In this document: positions 11,528 through 23,470 of the stretch, in pieces
Layout: every line of letters begins with the position of its first letter
Numbering within the stretch: position 1 is the stretch's first letter
Origin: Camelus dromedarius
Lineage: Eukaryota
Direction: 5' to 3'
NCBI RefSeq assembly: GCF_036321535.1
Contig: NC_087436.1
Coordinates: forward strand, 95,482,001-95,546,000
Length of the DNA stretch: 64,000 nucleotides
Notes under the pieces: model-generated
Told to the model about the DNA's origin: nothing
Databases searched by the model: none
What the model saw: only the letters and a program-made list of their open reading frames with translations
Made by a program: the position numbers and the translations under genes

Positions 11528-13260
11528 ACATTGCCTTGGAGAGTATGGTCATTTTAACAATATGAATTCTTCCAGTCCATGAACACAGTATATCTTTCTA
11601 TTTGTTTGTGTTGTCTTCAGTTTCTTTAATCAAAGTCTTACAGTTTTCTGAGTACAAGTCTTTTACTTCCTTTGGTTAGACTTATGTCTAGGTATTTTAT
11701 TCCTTTTGATGCAGTTATAAATGGAATTTTTTTCTTAATTTGTCTTCCTGATAGTTTGATGTTAGTGTATAGAAACGCAACAGATTTGTGTATATTTGTC
11801 TCCGGATGTTGTTTGATTTTCTCTTTGATTTCTTCAGTGACCCACTGGTTGTTTAGTAGCTTATTGGTTAGCCTCCACAAGGGAAGGTTTCAGCTATTTT
11901 GTCTTCAGTTATGTTCTCAGCCCCTTTCTCTCTCTCTCTTCTCCTTTTGGGACCCCTTATGATGAAAATATTAGTGCACTTTATGTTGTCCCAGAGGTCT
12001 CTTAAACTGTCCTCATTTCTTTTCACTCTTTTTTTGTTTTTCTGTTCAGCATCAGTGATTTCCACAACTCTGTCTTCCAGTTCCCTGATCTGTTCCATCA
12101 TCTAACCTACTGTTGATTCCTTCTGGTGTGTTTTTTCATTTCAGTTATTGTATTGTTCAGCTCTATGTGGATCACCTTTACATTTTCTAACTCTTTGTTA
12201 AAATTCTCACTGTGTTTATCCATTCTTCTCTCAAGCGCATTGAGTGTCTTAATGACCATTACCTTTAACTCTTTATCAGGGAGATTGCTTATCTCCTTTT
12301 TGTTTAATTCTTTTTCTGAGGTTTTGTCTTGTTCCTTCATTAGGAATGTATTCCTCTGTCTCCTTACTTTGCCAAGTTCTCTGTTTATTTGTATGAAGTA
12401 GGTCAGTCATGTTTGCTGATCTTGGAGAAGTGACTTTATGTAGCAAATGTCCTAAGGGGCCAAGAAGCACAGAGGTTCCCCTCTGGTCACCAAAGCTGTA
12501 TACTCCAGGGGTGCTTCCATGTGGGTTCTGTAGGCCCTTCTGTCATGGGAGGTCTGACTGCCGTGGGCATGCTGGTAGGTAGGGCCAGGCCCTGGCCTGA
12601 TGGGCAGCCAAGGCCTGCCTCATGCAGCGACTGCTAACCTGCTGGTAAGTGCGACCAGTTCCTGGGGCAGCTGGCAGGGGATGGGCAGGTAAGTCCTAGC
12701 AAGAGGCTAGAGGGAGGGCTCCAGAATGGCTGCTGCCAGTGTCTGCATTCCCAGGGGGCCCTAGCTGCCTCCTGCCTTTTGGGAGACTCTCCAAGATCAG
12801 TAAGTGGGTCTGACCCAAACACCTTACAAGTCACTGCCTCTGAGTTGGGACTCAGAGCATGTGAGATTTTTTCCTACAACCCTTTGGCTGTCCCATATGT
12901 AAGCCTCTCTGGCTTTCATAGGCAGAGGTTTGGGGGCTTATCTTCCTGGTGCAGGAACCCTGAGCTGGGGAGCCCAACATGGGGCTCAGACCCCTTGCTC
13001 CTTGTGAGGAACTTTTGCAATTATGATTATCCTCCCATTTGTGGGTCACCTACCAGGGGGTGTGGGTCTTGACTGTACCATGTCTCTACTCCTACTATAC
13101 GTCTTGTTGTGGTTTCTTCTTTAAATATAGAGTGGTGGAAAACATTTTCTGCTAGTCTTCAGGTCTTTCTCATAGACAGCTGCTCAGTAAATAATTGTAA
13201 TGTTGATGTGCCTGTGGGAGGAGATGAGATAGAGTCTTCCTACTGCACCATCTTGGCCAC
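11528..13260 (-). mobile_element. L1 (laurasiatherian L1MA-type): 5' UTR, decayed ORF1 N-half and two ORF2 fragments; no 3' end
   Basis: Starts GGCCAAGATGG (minus strand); ORF1 peptides ...ISNLPDKELKVMVIKTL... and ...LRDLWDNIKCTNI...; ORF2 peptides WRLTNKLLNNQWVTEEIK and KSVAFLYTN; frameshifted and non-functional. Confidence 0.9.
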
Positions 13261-13264
13261 ATAT

Positions 13265-13640
13265 CCTCTGTGAGGGTGTTTTCAGATGAGACTTACATTT
13301 AAAATTGGTGGACTTTGTTAAAGAAGATTGCTGTCTATAAGGTGAGTGGGCCTCACCCAATCAGTTGCGGGCGTGAGTAGAACAAAAGGCAGACCTTCTT
13401 CCAGCAAGAGGGATCCTCCAGCAGTTGGCCTTTGGACTTCATCTGCAACATCATCTCTATATTGAGCTGCCTTTGGACTTGAACTGCAATTCTTTCTTGA
13501 CTCTTAGGCCTATCAGCCTCCCCTATCAGATTTTGACTTGCCAAGCCTCCACAATCACATGAGTCAATTTCTTAAAATAAACTTCTATCTTTACACATCT
13601 TATTAGTTTAGTTTCCCTGGAGAACCCTGACAAATATACA
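13265..13640 (+). mobile_element. ERVL solo LTR, MLT2-type (5' end missing)
   Basis: TGTGAGGGTGTTTTCAGATGAGA...GTGGGCCTCACCCAATCAGTTG...AGCCTCCACAATCACATGAGTCAATTTCTTAAAATAAA...CTGGAGAACCCTGAC. Confidence 0.85.
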
Positions 13641-13644
13641 TGGC

Positions 13645-13830
13645 AATAACTTTAAATGTGCTAATTCATCTAATTTTCTCAACAATCCTGTGATGTATGA
13701 ACACAATACTTAAGAAATATTAGTATTTCACAGGTAAGGGAATGAAGCTTCGTGAGACAGTGATGTGCACAAGATCTTCCAACAGCAGATGGCAGAGCCA
13801 TGATTCTAACCCAAAGTTCATGGGCCGAGA
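13645..13830 (-). mobile_element. MIR SINE
   Basis: CTCAACAATCCTGTGATG...GGCAGAGCCATGATTCTAACCCA. Confidence 0.55.
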
Positions 13831-14009
13831 CACTTTGCTTTGCCACAATAGCCAGTGCTTGACTTTTTTTTGGACTTAGGAATACTAAGCAGGCTTCAGC
13901 TCTAGTCTGTCTGGAATTTAACTTAGACCCAGACCTTTTCTTTCTATCAGGGGCTCCTGTAAGGCTGCCTGGTGTCTTCCTGGGACCCTGACACCCCTGA
14001 CCCTCTCTG

Positions 14010-14160
14010 GTAATCTCAGGCATGATTTTACAGTTGCTAAGCTTCAACTTCCTCATCTACAAAAGGGCAGTAAGTCACTTCGCCAGCTTATTGTGAAGAC
14101 GAAAGGTGGGTATATAGAGCATCTATCTCACTGCCCGCACACAGTAGGCACTCAAATGCA
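14010..14160 (+). mobile_element. MIR SINE
   Basis: CTTCCTCATCTACAAAAGGG...TTGTGAAGA...CACAGTAGGCACTCAA. Confidence 0.6.
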
Positions 14161-14282
14161 AACATCGCCCCTTGCCTCCCATCATCATGCTCCCATATGG
14201 ATCAAAATGGCCCCAGTTCACTGCAGCTGGATCTTGGACATTCCCAACTCCTCAAAGAGTGAATCCTCCTATACTAGTCACT

Positions 14283-14689
14283 TGTGCTAATCTGCTGGAA
14301 TGGCCATAACAGAATCCCACAGACTGGGTGGCTTAAACCATAGAAATTTATTTCTCACAGTTCTGAAGGCTGGAAGCCCAAGATCAAGGTGTCAACAGGT
14401 TTGGTTTCTCCTGAGGCCTCTCTCCTTGGCTTGCCGATGGCTGCCTTCTCGCTGTGTCTTCACGCAGTCTTTCCTCTGTGTGTATGTCCCTGGTATCTCT
14501 TTGTGTGTTCAAATTTCATCTTCTTATAAAGACAACAGTTAGACTGGATTAGGATCAACCCTAGTGGCCTTATTTTAACTTAGTCATCTCTTTAAAGGCT
14601 CTATCTCTAAACACAGTCATATACGGAGGTACTGGGGATTAGGGCTTCAACATAAGAATTTGGAGAGGGACTCAATTCAACCCACAACA
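14283..14689 (-). mobile_element. MaLR solo LTR, MLT1B-like
   Basis: CCATAACAGAATCCCACAGACTGGGTGGCTTAAAC...TTTATTTCTCACAGTTCTGAAGGCTGGAAG...CAATTCAACCCACAACA. Confidence 0.9.
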
Positions 14690-16699
14690 CCATCTTGGCC
14701 TCCAGCTGCCAAGGACCTGCTACTTAGGCCCACCCTTCATACCTTTCACTACAGAGATTTATGCACAGGACCTTTTCTGCTTGGCTGTCCCTCCAAACTT
14801 TCTGTCAGCTTGATACTATTTCTTCAGGATTATGCCAAGAGACCAGCTGAGCTGGTCAGAAATTAAAGATAAGTAGCTCTCTCGAGTTCTTTGAACTTGT
14901 CTTTGTCCAATGCTTATGAAAATCCAACCAGAACAAGTGTTTGGTACATAGAAAGCTTCATATTCTTAGTCTATAAACTGTACCCTCAAATCTCTTCCTG
15001 CCACCAAACACACACACACAGCTTACTAGAAAAATACTCTAGGAGCAGGCAGGCATTCTGAAGCACAGGTCAAACAACAGTTATATGTGTATGTGTATAC
15101 ATGTATATGATGTCACAACAGCCACTACTCTTGACCCCAGTGACTTTTACATTCTTCATATTGGTGTTCCCAGCCACCATTACTGCTATCTGTTTCAAGT
15201 ACTCTCTGAGAGCATTACTCCTGTTCACACCATGATCCTATTAATTCTGTCCCTATATTTATTGTGCCTTAGGTTTTTTTCCTTCCCTAACATCATAAGA
15301 CCCCAGTCAGGCTGTGGTTGGGTTGCTCAACATCCAACAGGAAACACCCATACTGGTAAGAGTTTTCAGGCCAGAATATCCTCATAGGCCACAGGCCTTC
15401 CTGGCATCTCGTCTCCTGCTGCTTGCCTTTGGCTGAGGCCTGTTTGTGATGCTTAGGGAGGCAGAGACTCATGGTACAAACACAGTGACTTACAAGGAAC
15501 CGAAGTGACCAATGTCCTAGGAAGAGGGTGTGGGAAGGCCGGTACCAGACTCTGTGGATCCCTCTCGGGTTCTCAGAGGCCCATTATGAAGACACACATC
15601 ATGAGCGCAGAGCAGCCACCCTATTGGCAAACCTCACTTCCTTTTGCTGGTAGCCCGCCCCCAAATATTCATGACCCACTTTAAAGAACAAACGGATTTC
15701 CCAACTAAGAATTAAATTATACAAGACCTCTGTTTTTTATGTCACTTGAAATGATTTGATTAAGATATAAAACCAAATTACTAAAGAGTCAAGTGTGTGG
15801 AAAGAGAATAATTTGATATTCTGGAGGAAAAAGAAAACCTACGGAAAAGAGAAATTCAGTCTGAGAAGTTGTCCCCACTCCTCTTCACCATTTTTTTCTT
15901 TTAAACAGTTTTTTAGATACACTGTGGATTTCTATAGTTGAACTTAAACAAAGAGTAAAGGGAACAGGAAATCAATGGGAATCACATCTTAACGACAGCT
16001 TTTCTAAAACGGCGCAAGAATCCGTAAGGGGCTCACTCTGTGTTGGATTTCTGACAGTTGGCGGAAAGGACCCGCGTCTGGAACCCAGTGACTGATGCCT
16101 GCCATCAGCAGCAGGTCCGTCCCTTTCCTCCCTTGGAGGCGCAGGCACATTTCGCCTCATTCAACAAGCTCTCAATCATATTCATGAAGTCAAGACTTCA
16201 AATGGGCCGTGATTATAAGTTTAATAACTATTCCAGGTAGAACTGATTCGCACGATGTGGGATGTTGGCAGCAGTTTAATTCCTTGAGCGTAATGATGCG
16301 AATCTCAGTGAGGGGCCAGTTAGGGCATTGCCAGCTATTACGTGTAATAATTAATATGGTTAAGTATGCTGCTTTATGAACTGTTTTACTCTCCTCCCTG
16401 TACTAATATTTGGGGGTTTGCCTCCCAAAACTATTGTTTGGGCAAAGTTTCCTTCCCTTCCTTTTCCTCTGTAGGGCAGGATATATACCTGACTCAAATA
16501 TCCTTATGTATTGATAAAAAACTATTTTCTGGAAACATTTTGCAGAGATAAAGCAGAGGAGGAACTGACTTGCTTTCTTCATTGTCCTTCTCGTCTCCTT
16601 TCCTTGCCTATTGGTTTTTGCTGCCTTTCCCATTTTGTGTGATTTTATGGAGTTTCAAAAATGAATTTAAGTTTCTGAGCATAGGTGCAAAGACTTTAG

Positions 16700-16920
16700 C
16701 CAGTAATAACAACACATGTTTGGATTGATTACTTACTGTGGGCGAGGAATTGCTGTAAGTGCTTTACTTGTCTTATTTCATCTCCTCGAAGTAACTGGAT
16801 GAGTTCCCTTTTGCAGATAAAAATACAAAAATTTATATGGATTAGGCATCTCACGCACAATAGGAGAGCTAGTCAGTAATGGCCCAGGGGTTGAAATCTA
16901 GGTGGTCGTTGACCCCACAG
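16700..16920 (-). mobile_element. MIR SINE
   Basis: ACTTACTGTGGGC...GTAAGTGCTTTAC...TTTTGCAGATAA...GAGCTAGT. Confidence 0.55.
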
Positions 16921-17334
16921 TGGGAGATTTTCCGTACAAACTTCTACTGAAATTTTATAGTAGTGAAAAGAACTTCTCATTCTCACAATAAGTCATTCTT
17001 AAAACTGATATCCTGCAACATTCATACACTGGGTTTTTTTTTTATGATGTTGGAGGGCTCCGCCCTCAAGTATTTATGTTCTTCTGAAGATAGTTGCAGT
17101 AGCGTGAATTAACTCTATGCTGGCAAATCACAGAAAATATCTTAAAACAATGTTAATGTGGTCTGTCAGAGGACTTTGATATGTGCCTGAAAGTCCAGTT
17201 AATTCCATCTGCTGGATTTCTTACTTCCTGAAAAAGCATGAAGAAAAGACATAGATCTTACATAAATCAGGGCCCCACTATCATCAAGCATTAGCAATCA
17301 AGGACAATGTCTTGTGGTCAGATGGAAGGAAAGC

Positions 17335-17790
17335 CTCTGGTTCTAGAATCACAGACCTGGCTTCGAGTTTTTGCTGGGTCCCTTACTAGCTGTGTGACCT
17401 TAAGCAATTTACTCAAACTCCGAACTTCTATTTCCTCACCTATAAAAACAGATGATAACAGATTTTAACTTCTCTGGTTTTTTCAGACCAGGGGTCAGCA
17501 AACTTTTTCTTAGAGAGAGAAATAGTAAATATTTTAGGTTTTGCTGGCCATTCAGTCTCTGCCACAACTACTCAACTCTGCCATTTTAGCACATCAAAGA
17601 GCTGAAATGTGCATGATCAGGATGGCTCTGTTCCAATAACACTTTATAAGAACCGACAGGTTGGATTCCACTCACAGGTTGTAGCTTGCCCACCCCTAGT
17701 TTAGAGCACTAAATGCGATATTGAAAGAAAAAAAAACATGTAAGGGTTTCTGGTATACTGTAGGCACTTAATAATTGTTCATTTCCCTTC
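17335..17790 (+). mobile_element. MIR SINE interrupted by MER58A
   Basis: CAGACCTGGCTTCGAG...CTTACTAGCTGTGTGACCTTAAGCAATTTACTCAA...TTTCCTCACCTATAAAA; resumes after 17700. Confidence 0.75.
17489..17698 (+). mobile_element. hAT-Charlie MITE MER58A
   Basis: Termini CAGGGGTCAGCAAAC ... GCTTGCCCACCCCT; internal ATAGTAAATATTTTAGG, ACTACTCAACTCTGCC, TGTTCCAATAAC. Confidence 0.85.
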
Positions 17791-17829
17791 TTTCCTGCAA
17801 TTTATTCCATTAAGGTGATGGGTCACAAT

Positions 17830-18715
17830 GATGCCCGCAGTCACTGTGTCTCTCTCTCGAGGTGCTCACAGTTCAGTCGGGGAGATAAGACATAGAAAAT
17901 ATAGACAGCAACACAATATTGCAAGTGCCAGTTGTGAGGGGAACAGAGCAAACTGCAAAGTTATAGGGACTGACTGACGGGAACAGCAGCCATAGGAGAC
18001 ATGGGTACAGTTAAGAGAGGAGAGAAGAAGGAACTTCCAGGGAGGGGAATCTAAAGAAAGGGGAACACTCTGAGTCTCTTCAGAGGAAGCTGAGTGGAAC
18101 TGTTTGCCCAGGAAGAGGGAGTGCGGTGAGAGGGGTGACCTGGGGGTCAAGTTTAGGTGGGGATGGGAGGGGCTGAATGTCAGCTTCAGGAGTTTGCATC
18201 TTATTCCATGGATGTCAATGTGTTCCTGACGATTGTTGAAGAGAGCACATGGGGCACACAGCAGGGATTGGTTGAACGAATGAATTCATCCGAAGTGATC
18301 TGCCTGATGGCTGGGCAGAAAATGGCAGCCAAAAGATCAGGAGATAAGGGTTCAGGCCAGGGTGATGGCAGTTAGAACTGGCCAGAAAGGACAAAGACAC
18401 TGAGGAGGAAGAACTGACGTGACCAGAGGACTAGGCTACAGGTGAGAGAGAGGACTGGTTAGCAATGATGCCAAGGTTAAATTGGGTGGCTGGGGGAACA
18501 GCGTTGCCCATGATAGAACGAAGTATGTCTGGCCGCCTTTCGGAGGAAACATGAATTAGTCCTCAGTGCTTGAACCTGGCGTCTCTGGTTTAGGGGCATC
18601 CAAGTGGACATGTTTAGTACAGTAAGAGGGGCTCAAGAAAGAGATTAAAGTAGGAAGCAGAGATTTAGACACCTGCCTCATAAAGTGATGGCTCATGGGA
18701 ATGGATGAAGCTTTG
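17830..18715 (-). mobile_element. LINE2 fragment (old)
   Basis: GCTCACAGTTCAGTCGGGGAGATAAGAC...AGGAGTTTGCATCTTATTC...GATGCCAAGGTT...CATCCAAGTGGACATGT...CATGGGAATGGATGA. Confidence 0.6.
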
Positions 18716-19659
18716 ATTCTGGGTGAGCTCTAAAGATCAAAATAAGGATGTGGTGTTGGGGACAGTCAGAGAACAGGGCTTTGCTTAGAAATCCAAAAGT
18801 GTCTCTGTAGTTCATCAGAAATATTATTGTAACAGAAGCAGAGAGATTGTCAAAGACTCACAGCACTTTAAAAACATCTATAAATAAGGATCAGGAAAAG
18901 AATTAGGTAAACCCTGGGATTATGATGTCCAGAAACTTCTCCCAAACAATCCTGAAGGAAAGACACCGAGTATGAACTCCTAAACTGTTTAAGTTCGGAT
19001 ACCTAAGCCCGATATAGAGTAATCTTGTTGAGTTCAGTTAATAGAAGGTATGGAAACTCGTCACCAATAATAATGACAAAACAACTCTAAGACACTCTCA
19101 GGACTTTTCCAAATGTGGTTAATTCAGTCATTACTTAGCAAAGCTCCCTTGGGATATAGTCCTAACTTGTTGCTCTGTTAGGTAAGTACAATCTTATGCC
19201 AAATCTTAAATAATTCTCAGTAAATCTCAAGTCAATCTATTCCTCTTGTCTTGCAACTTCTTTGCCACTTCTGTGAGGAAGGGGAGTCCTCTCGGGTAGG
19301 AAGAGAAGTGGTCATGGAGCAAGAGGAATGGATCCTTCTAGAGTAGAGTCGTCATCCTATTTTCTCTAAATAAAATCAGAAAAGCGTCACACAGAGACAT
19401 TACATACCTAACTTTGTTAGACACCAGGTCTTTAGTAAATGGGTGGCTTGTGGAGAAATGTGTCAGCGTCGGAAACAGTTTTGAAGGGGTTGTTGGTTTT
19501 CTGCTTCCTATTTACTTACTTCTTGAAGCCGGTGACCTACATGGTACTTGTGTCGATGCAGGGGCGAACAGAACATTCTTTCTCGGGAGTACGTCACAGT
19601 GTAGGAATCGTAGGATTTTAAAATCTAGCTCCCAGAGCTTGCCAAGTTTAAACTGATTT

Positions 19660-19785
19660 TTTTTTTTTAAAAGAGAGAACACTCAGACCCAGAGGGCCCG
19701 AATGACTAAAAATGACTAAAAATGACTCAGCAAGGAGGCTGCAGAGCCGGGTCTAGAACCTAGGGTTCCTGGCTCCTAGTCCGTT
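19660..19785 (-). mobile_element. MIR fragment with 10-bp tandem expansion
   Basis: GGCTGCAGAGCCGGGTCTAGAACCTAGGGTTCCTGGCTCCTAGTCC; AATGACTAAA x2 then AATGACTCAG (19701-19730). Confidence 0.6.
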
Positions 19786-21353
19786 ATTGCAAGTGCGTCT
19801 TTGTCAGAGAGTCATTTAGGCCGTGGGTGGATTCTCAGTCCACTGTGGGAATTTGTAAAAGAGCATTTGAGCCACAGCCACTTTTTAAGATGGATTTATG
19901 TTGAGGCTGCATCCACCATGCCCACCTCTTTGCCACGCTTTCTGAGGGCTGGGACAGCACCAGAAAGCTCTGTTGGAGAGACAGCTGACCACTTCAGGGG
20001 AGCAGTGGAAATCTGAAGTGGTCAGGCGTAGCACCGTCGCCTGGGAACACCAAGGGGACTCGAGGGCCAGCCCGGAAACCTTCATATTTAAAGCAGTTGT
20101 TCGCAGCGCAGACTGAATGCCCTTAGCTTGATCAAAGGGCCAGGCCACACAATCCCGGGAACAGGAAGGCTGACAAGTGGGGGAAGGGCCCTTTGTCCTG
20201 GAGGCCTGGAGGCCTGGAATCCGGATGCCTCGGTGGGCAGGGCTGCTGACCAGGTGGGGAGGGGCTGAGGCCTGACCTGCCCCGAGCTCTCTGCTGGTTC
20301 CACATCAAGAAACCGGTCAGAGCCTTGCCCACTCCTCACCCTCAGTCTCCTATCAGTTTTCTTCAGCACATTAATAAAAAGAACTTCCCTAGTCCCACTG
20401 GCTTGGCTTGAACATTTGCTACTTCATTCTGCAGTCAGAAAAGGTAAGTGCCCTGATTGAACTCTTTGAGTCTTTTTCCCAGCATGGCTTCCTGAACAAA
20501 TACTTAATGTGTCCTTCAGGTCACATTCCTGACCTTGTTGTTTCAGGTGCCTGATGGCTCTGGGCTGGTGACAGCCCGGCAGCACACTGGTGGCCTCTCC
20601 CACCGCCCCCATCCCCAGCAGCTTCCCCCGGGCCCGTTTTGGTCCTGCCTTCACCGGTGCCTCGCTTTTCCACCCCCGCCGCCTTTCTTTCTCAAAGTGT
20701 CTGCACCGAAAGCTTGCACTTCAGATCCCTGCCCCTGGTGCCTTTGGCCTGTTCATTATTTAATTTTTCGTCCTTCTTCAGATCCCTGCCTGTCAGACAA
20801 TGTCTGCATGCTGTGATTGTTTTCATTTTTGAAAATCTCCAAACAGATTACAGCCTTGTAGATGAAGCTTTTAAAACATTATAACGTTTTCCCACTTCTG
20901 CGCACATAAGACACACACATACGCGTTAGAAAAATGCACTTAGGACCCACCCATATTCTTCGAAACACGAATTTCAGTGATGAAAGGGCTTCAACACACT
21001 GGCCTTTGGCCCTGACAGCAACGCTGCCCTAATGCCTGCTCTCCTGCTTTGCAAGTGGTTGGGAAGGGGCTTTAGTTTTATCCAGCTAGTCAAACAAACA
21101 AGCAGAAAGTAACTCATCGAGGCTTTTCAGCATTGGACTATGCTGGCTGAAGGCATTTTATAGATCCAGGGGACTGCATTTTCAGAGAGTAAGGCAGTAC
21201 TGTCTGCTGGGAGCTAACATGGGTCTAGTCCTGCAGCAAAGTGTTCAGAAGAGTCAGGAAAGAGAAGAACAGATGGCCCCTGGGCATGAGGGACATTTGG
21301 ATGCAGGAAAGTTCTTCCTTTGACATTTTTTTTTAACCCCTAAACTTTAGAGA

Positions 21354-21737
21354 TGCTATAAGCCAAGTTGTGTTCCCTCCCAAATCCAAATGTGGAAGTA
21401 CTCACCCCAGGTACCTCAGAATGTGACTGTATTTGGAGATAGGGTCTTTGAGGAGATAATTCAGTTAAAATGAGGTCATTGGCATGGGCCCCAACCCACA
21501 ATGACTGGTATCCTTATAAGAAAAGGAAGTTTGGACACAGGCATGCACAGAGGAAAAGCTGTGTGAAGACACAGGGAAAAGATGGCCACCTGTGAGCTAA
21601 GCAGAGAGGCTGAAACGAACATTGCCCATGCCTCGATCTCAGACTTCTGGCCTCCAAAATGGTGAGAAAATCCATGTCTCTTGGTTAAGGCATCCAGTCT
21701 GCAGTCCTTTGTTAAGCAGCTCTAGCAAAGCAACCCA
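21354..21737 (+). mobile_element. MaLR solo LTR, MLT1B-like
   Basis: GTACCTCAGAATGTGACTGTATTTGGAGATAGGGTCTTT...CCTTATAAGAAAAGGA...TCAGACTTCTGGCCTCCA. Confidence 0.9.
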
Positions 21738-22139
21738 AACTTTAAAATTCAAGATGGCATTAGTTCTAGATGGAATACACCAGAGAGCAATTTCTGGGCA
21801 GGAAGTGGTTCTTTGTCCCTGTGTGGGTTTGCAGACATGGAATTCTCGTGTGTTGACAATCAGTAGATACTCAGCATGTGTTTACTGGGCACCTATTTCA
21901 TGCCAGGAACTGTGCTAGGCCAATGAGCAGGAGTCGCTATCTCTGTTTAGATTCTAGACGAGATTAGCATCTCAAATTGGCAACGGATACACGTTGATAT
22001 GGGACCCCCAAGACAATCTTCTCACTAGGACCTAATGATGACATTGTAACAAGATTTTTCTTCTTTGGTTGCTTGACTGTTTCCTAAAGTTTAGGAACCA
22101 TATAAAATTGCTTTTTTTGGATAGGTCAAAAAAGTTATT

Positions 22140-22400
22140 AAAACAATGGAGGGTGCTGGATTGCATTCTGGAACAGAAGAAGGATATTAGTGAAAAAACT
22201 GATGAAATCTAAATGAAGTAGTTTAGTTAACAGTAATATACTAATATTAATTTTGTAGTTTGCCAAACATACCATGCCTATGGAGGAAGACGTTAACATT
22301 AGGGGAAACTGGGTGAAAATACACAGAAACTCTGTACACAATCTTTGCAACTTTTTTATAAACCTAAAATGTTTCCAGAATAAAATATATTTTTAAATAT
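22140..22400 (+). mobile_element. L1MC/L1MD-type 3' end
   Basis: CTGGAACAGAAGAAGGATATTAGTGAAAAAACTG...GTTAACATTAGGGGAAACTGGGTGA...TCTTTGCAACTT. Confidence 0.75.
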
Positions 22401-22949
22401 TTGAATATTGGCAATTTTACATAGTTGAATAAAGCCTGGAGGCCTTGTATATAAAGCAGGCTGATTCAAACTCTTAATTATATAGGAGCAGAATTTATGT
22501 TTGAAATTTAAATGTGTTTTAGTTTTAGATGTTTTAAAAAAATGATTGATTGACTATGTGTACCCTGGATGCCTGGCCAGTCTAAACAAGGGAACTCAAT
22601 GAGCTGACCTTTAATGAAAGACGGCCCAAAGACCACGACCGAGGGACAGTGTTGAGTAAGATCTGCAGATGAAGCTTTTCTCTCTTCCAATTGATTGAGG
22701 ATAAACCCAGATTCTTGAGGACTCTACGTTGTTGGAACAACTGACTCCCTCTGCCCTTCTCGGCAGGCAGTGGGTGCCTGACATGGCCTCGTTCCAGGAG
22801 AAATGGTCACTTTCAACTGTCTTCTTCAGCTGAGATCCTTTTCTTTCTTCCCCGCCAGGTTACAAGAAGACAGACAATTGAGCTATATCCTTTTGCAGGA
22901 AATCTGGATTCTCCTTTAGAGGAAAAAGAAGAAAATTAAACCTTGATCA

Positions 22950-23226
22950 GACCAACACCATGTGAGAGATTTGTTTTGTTTGGCTGACAAACATTTAACA
23001 TTTTTAAAAATTGCTTACCACACTTTTAACTGGGAAGCTTCACAAGAAATATCTGGATATGTGACTTCTCCTGAACAATCAGAAGTTCTAGCGTCAGAGA
23101 CCTACGTACCTATATGGAAAAGGGAGGTTGGAGTCGGGTAGCAGCTGAGCCCTTTCCGAGGGCATATGTCTTCCATGTTCCAGAGTCCCCACACAGCCCT
23201 TCCATCCATCTATGCTGACTGCCCAA
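22950..23226 (+). mobile_element. hAT MITE, MER102-like
   Basis: TCTGGATATGTGACTTCTCCTGAACAATCAGAAG...GGAGTCGGGTAGCAGCTGAGCCCTTT...AGTCCCCAC. Confidence 0.5.
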
Positions 23227-23258
23227 CAGCTTTAAGCACTTGAGGTTACAACCTGGGT

Positions 23259-23470
23259 CAGTGGTTTTCAAACTACAGATTATGACCCCTTTGTGAGTCA
23301 TGAAATCAGTGTAGTGGATAACTAGCACTAAAAGAATATACCACCTGTAGTGAGGGATAGTATTATTTGATGAAACTTTTGTTTCAGTTGTGTTTGTGTG
23401 TGCTTGCACTAGTTACAACACAAAATATATTTCTTCCTGTGAGTTGTAATAAAATGTTTCAAAGCCAAGA
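23259..23470. mobile_element. hAT-Charlie MITE (family not resolved)
   Basis: CAGTGGTTTTCAAAC terminus; GTCATGAAATCA, TGAAACTTTTGTTTCAGTT; a related copy lies at ~27925-28175. Confidence 0.55.

Noticed and set aside
11638..12470. ORFs with real protein similarity (also 28894-29127 and 34371-34938)
   Set aside because: Frameshifted L1 ORF1/ORF2 remnants, not host genes
22835..22967. Strong + strand acceptor (ttctttcttccccgccag|G at 22858)
   Set aside because: Only a weak donor follows, stops occur in the frames examined, and no peptide is recognisable
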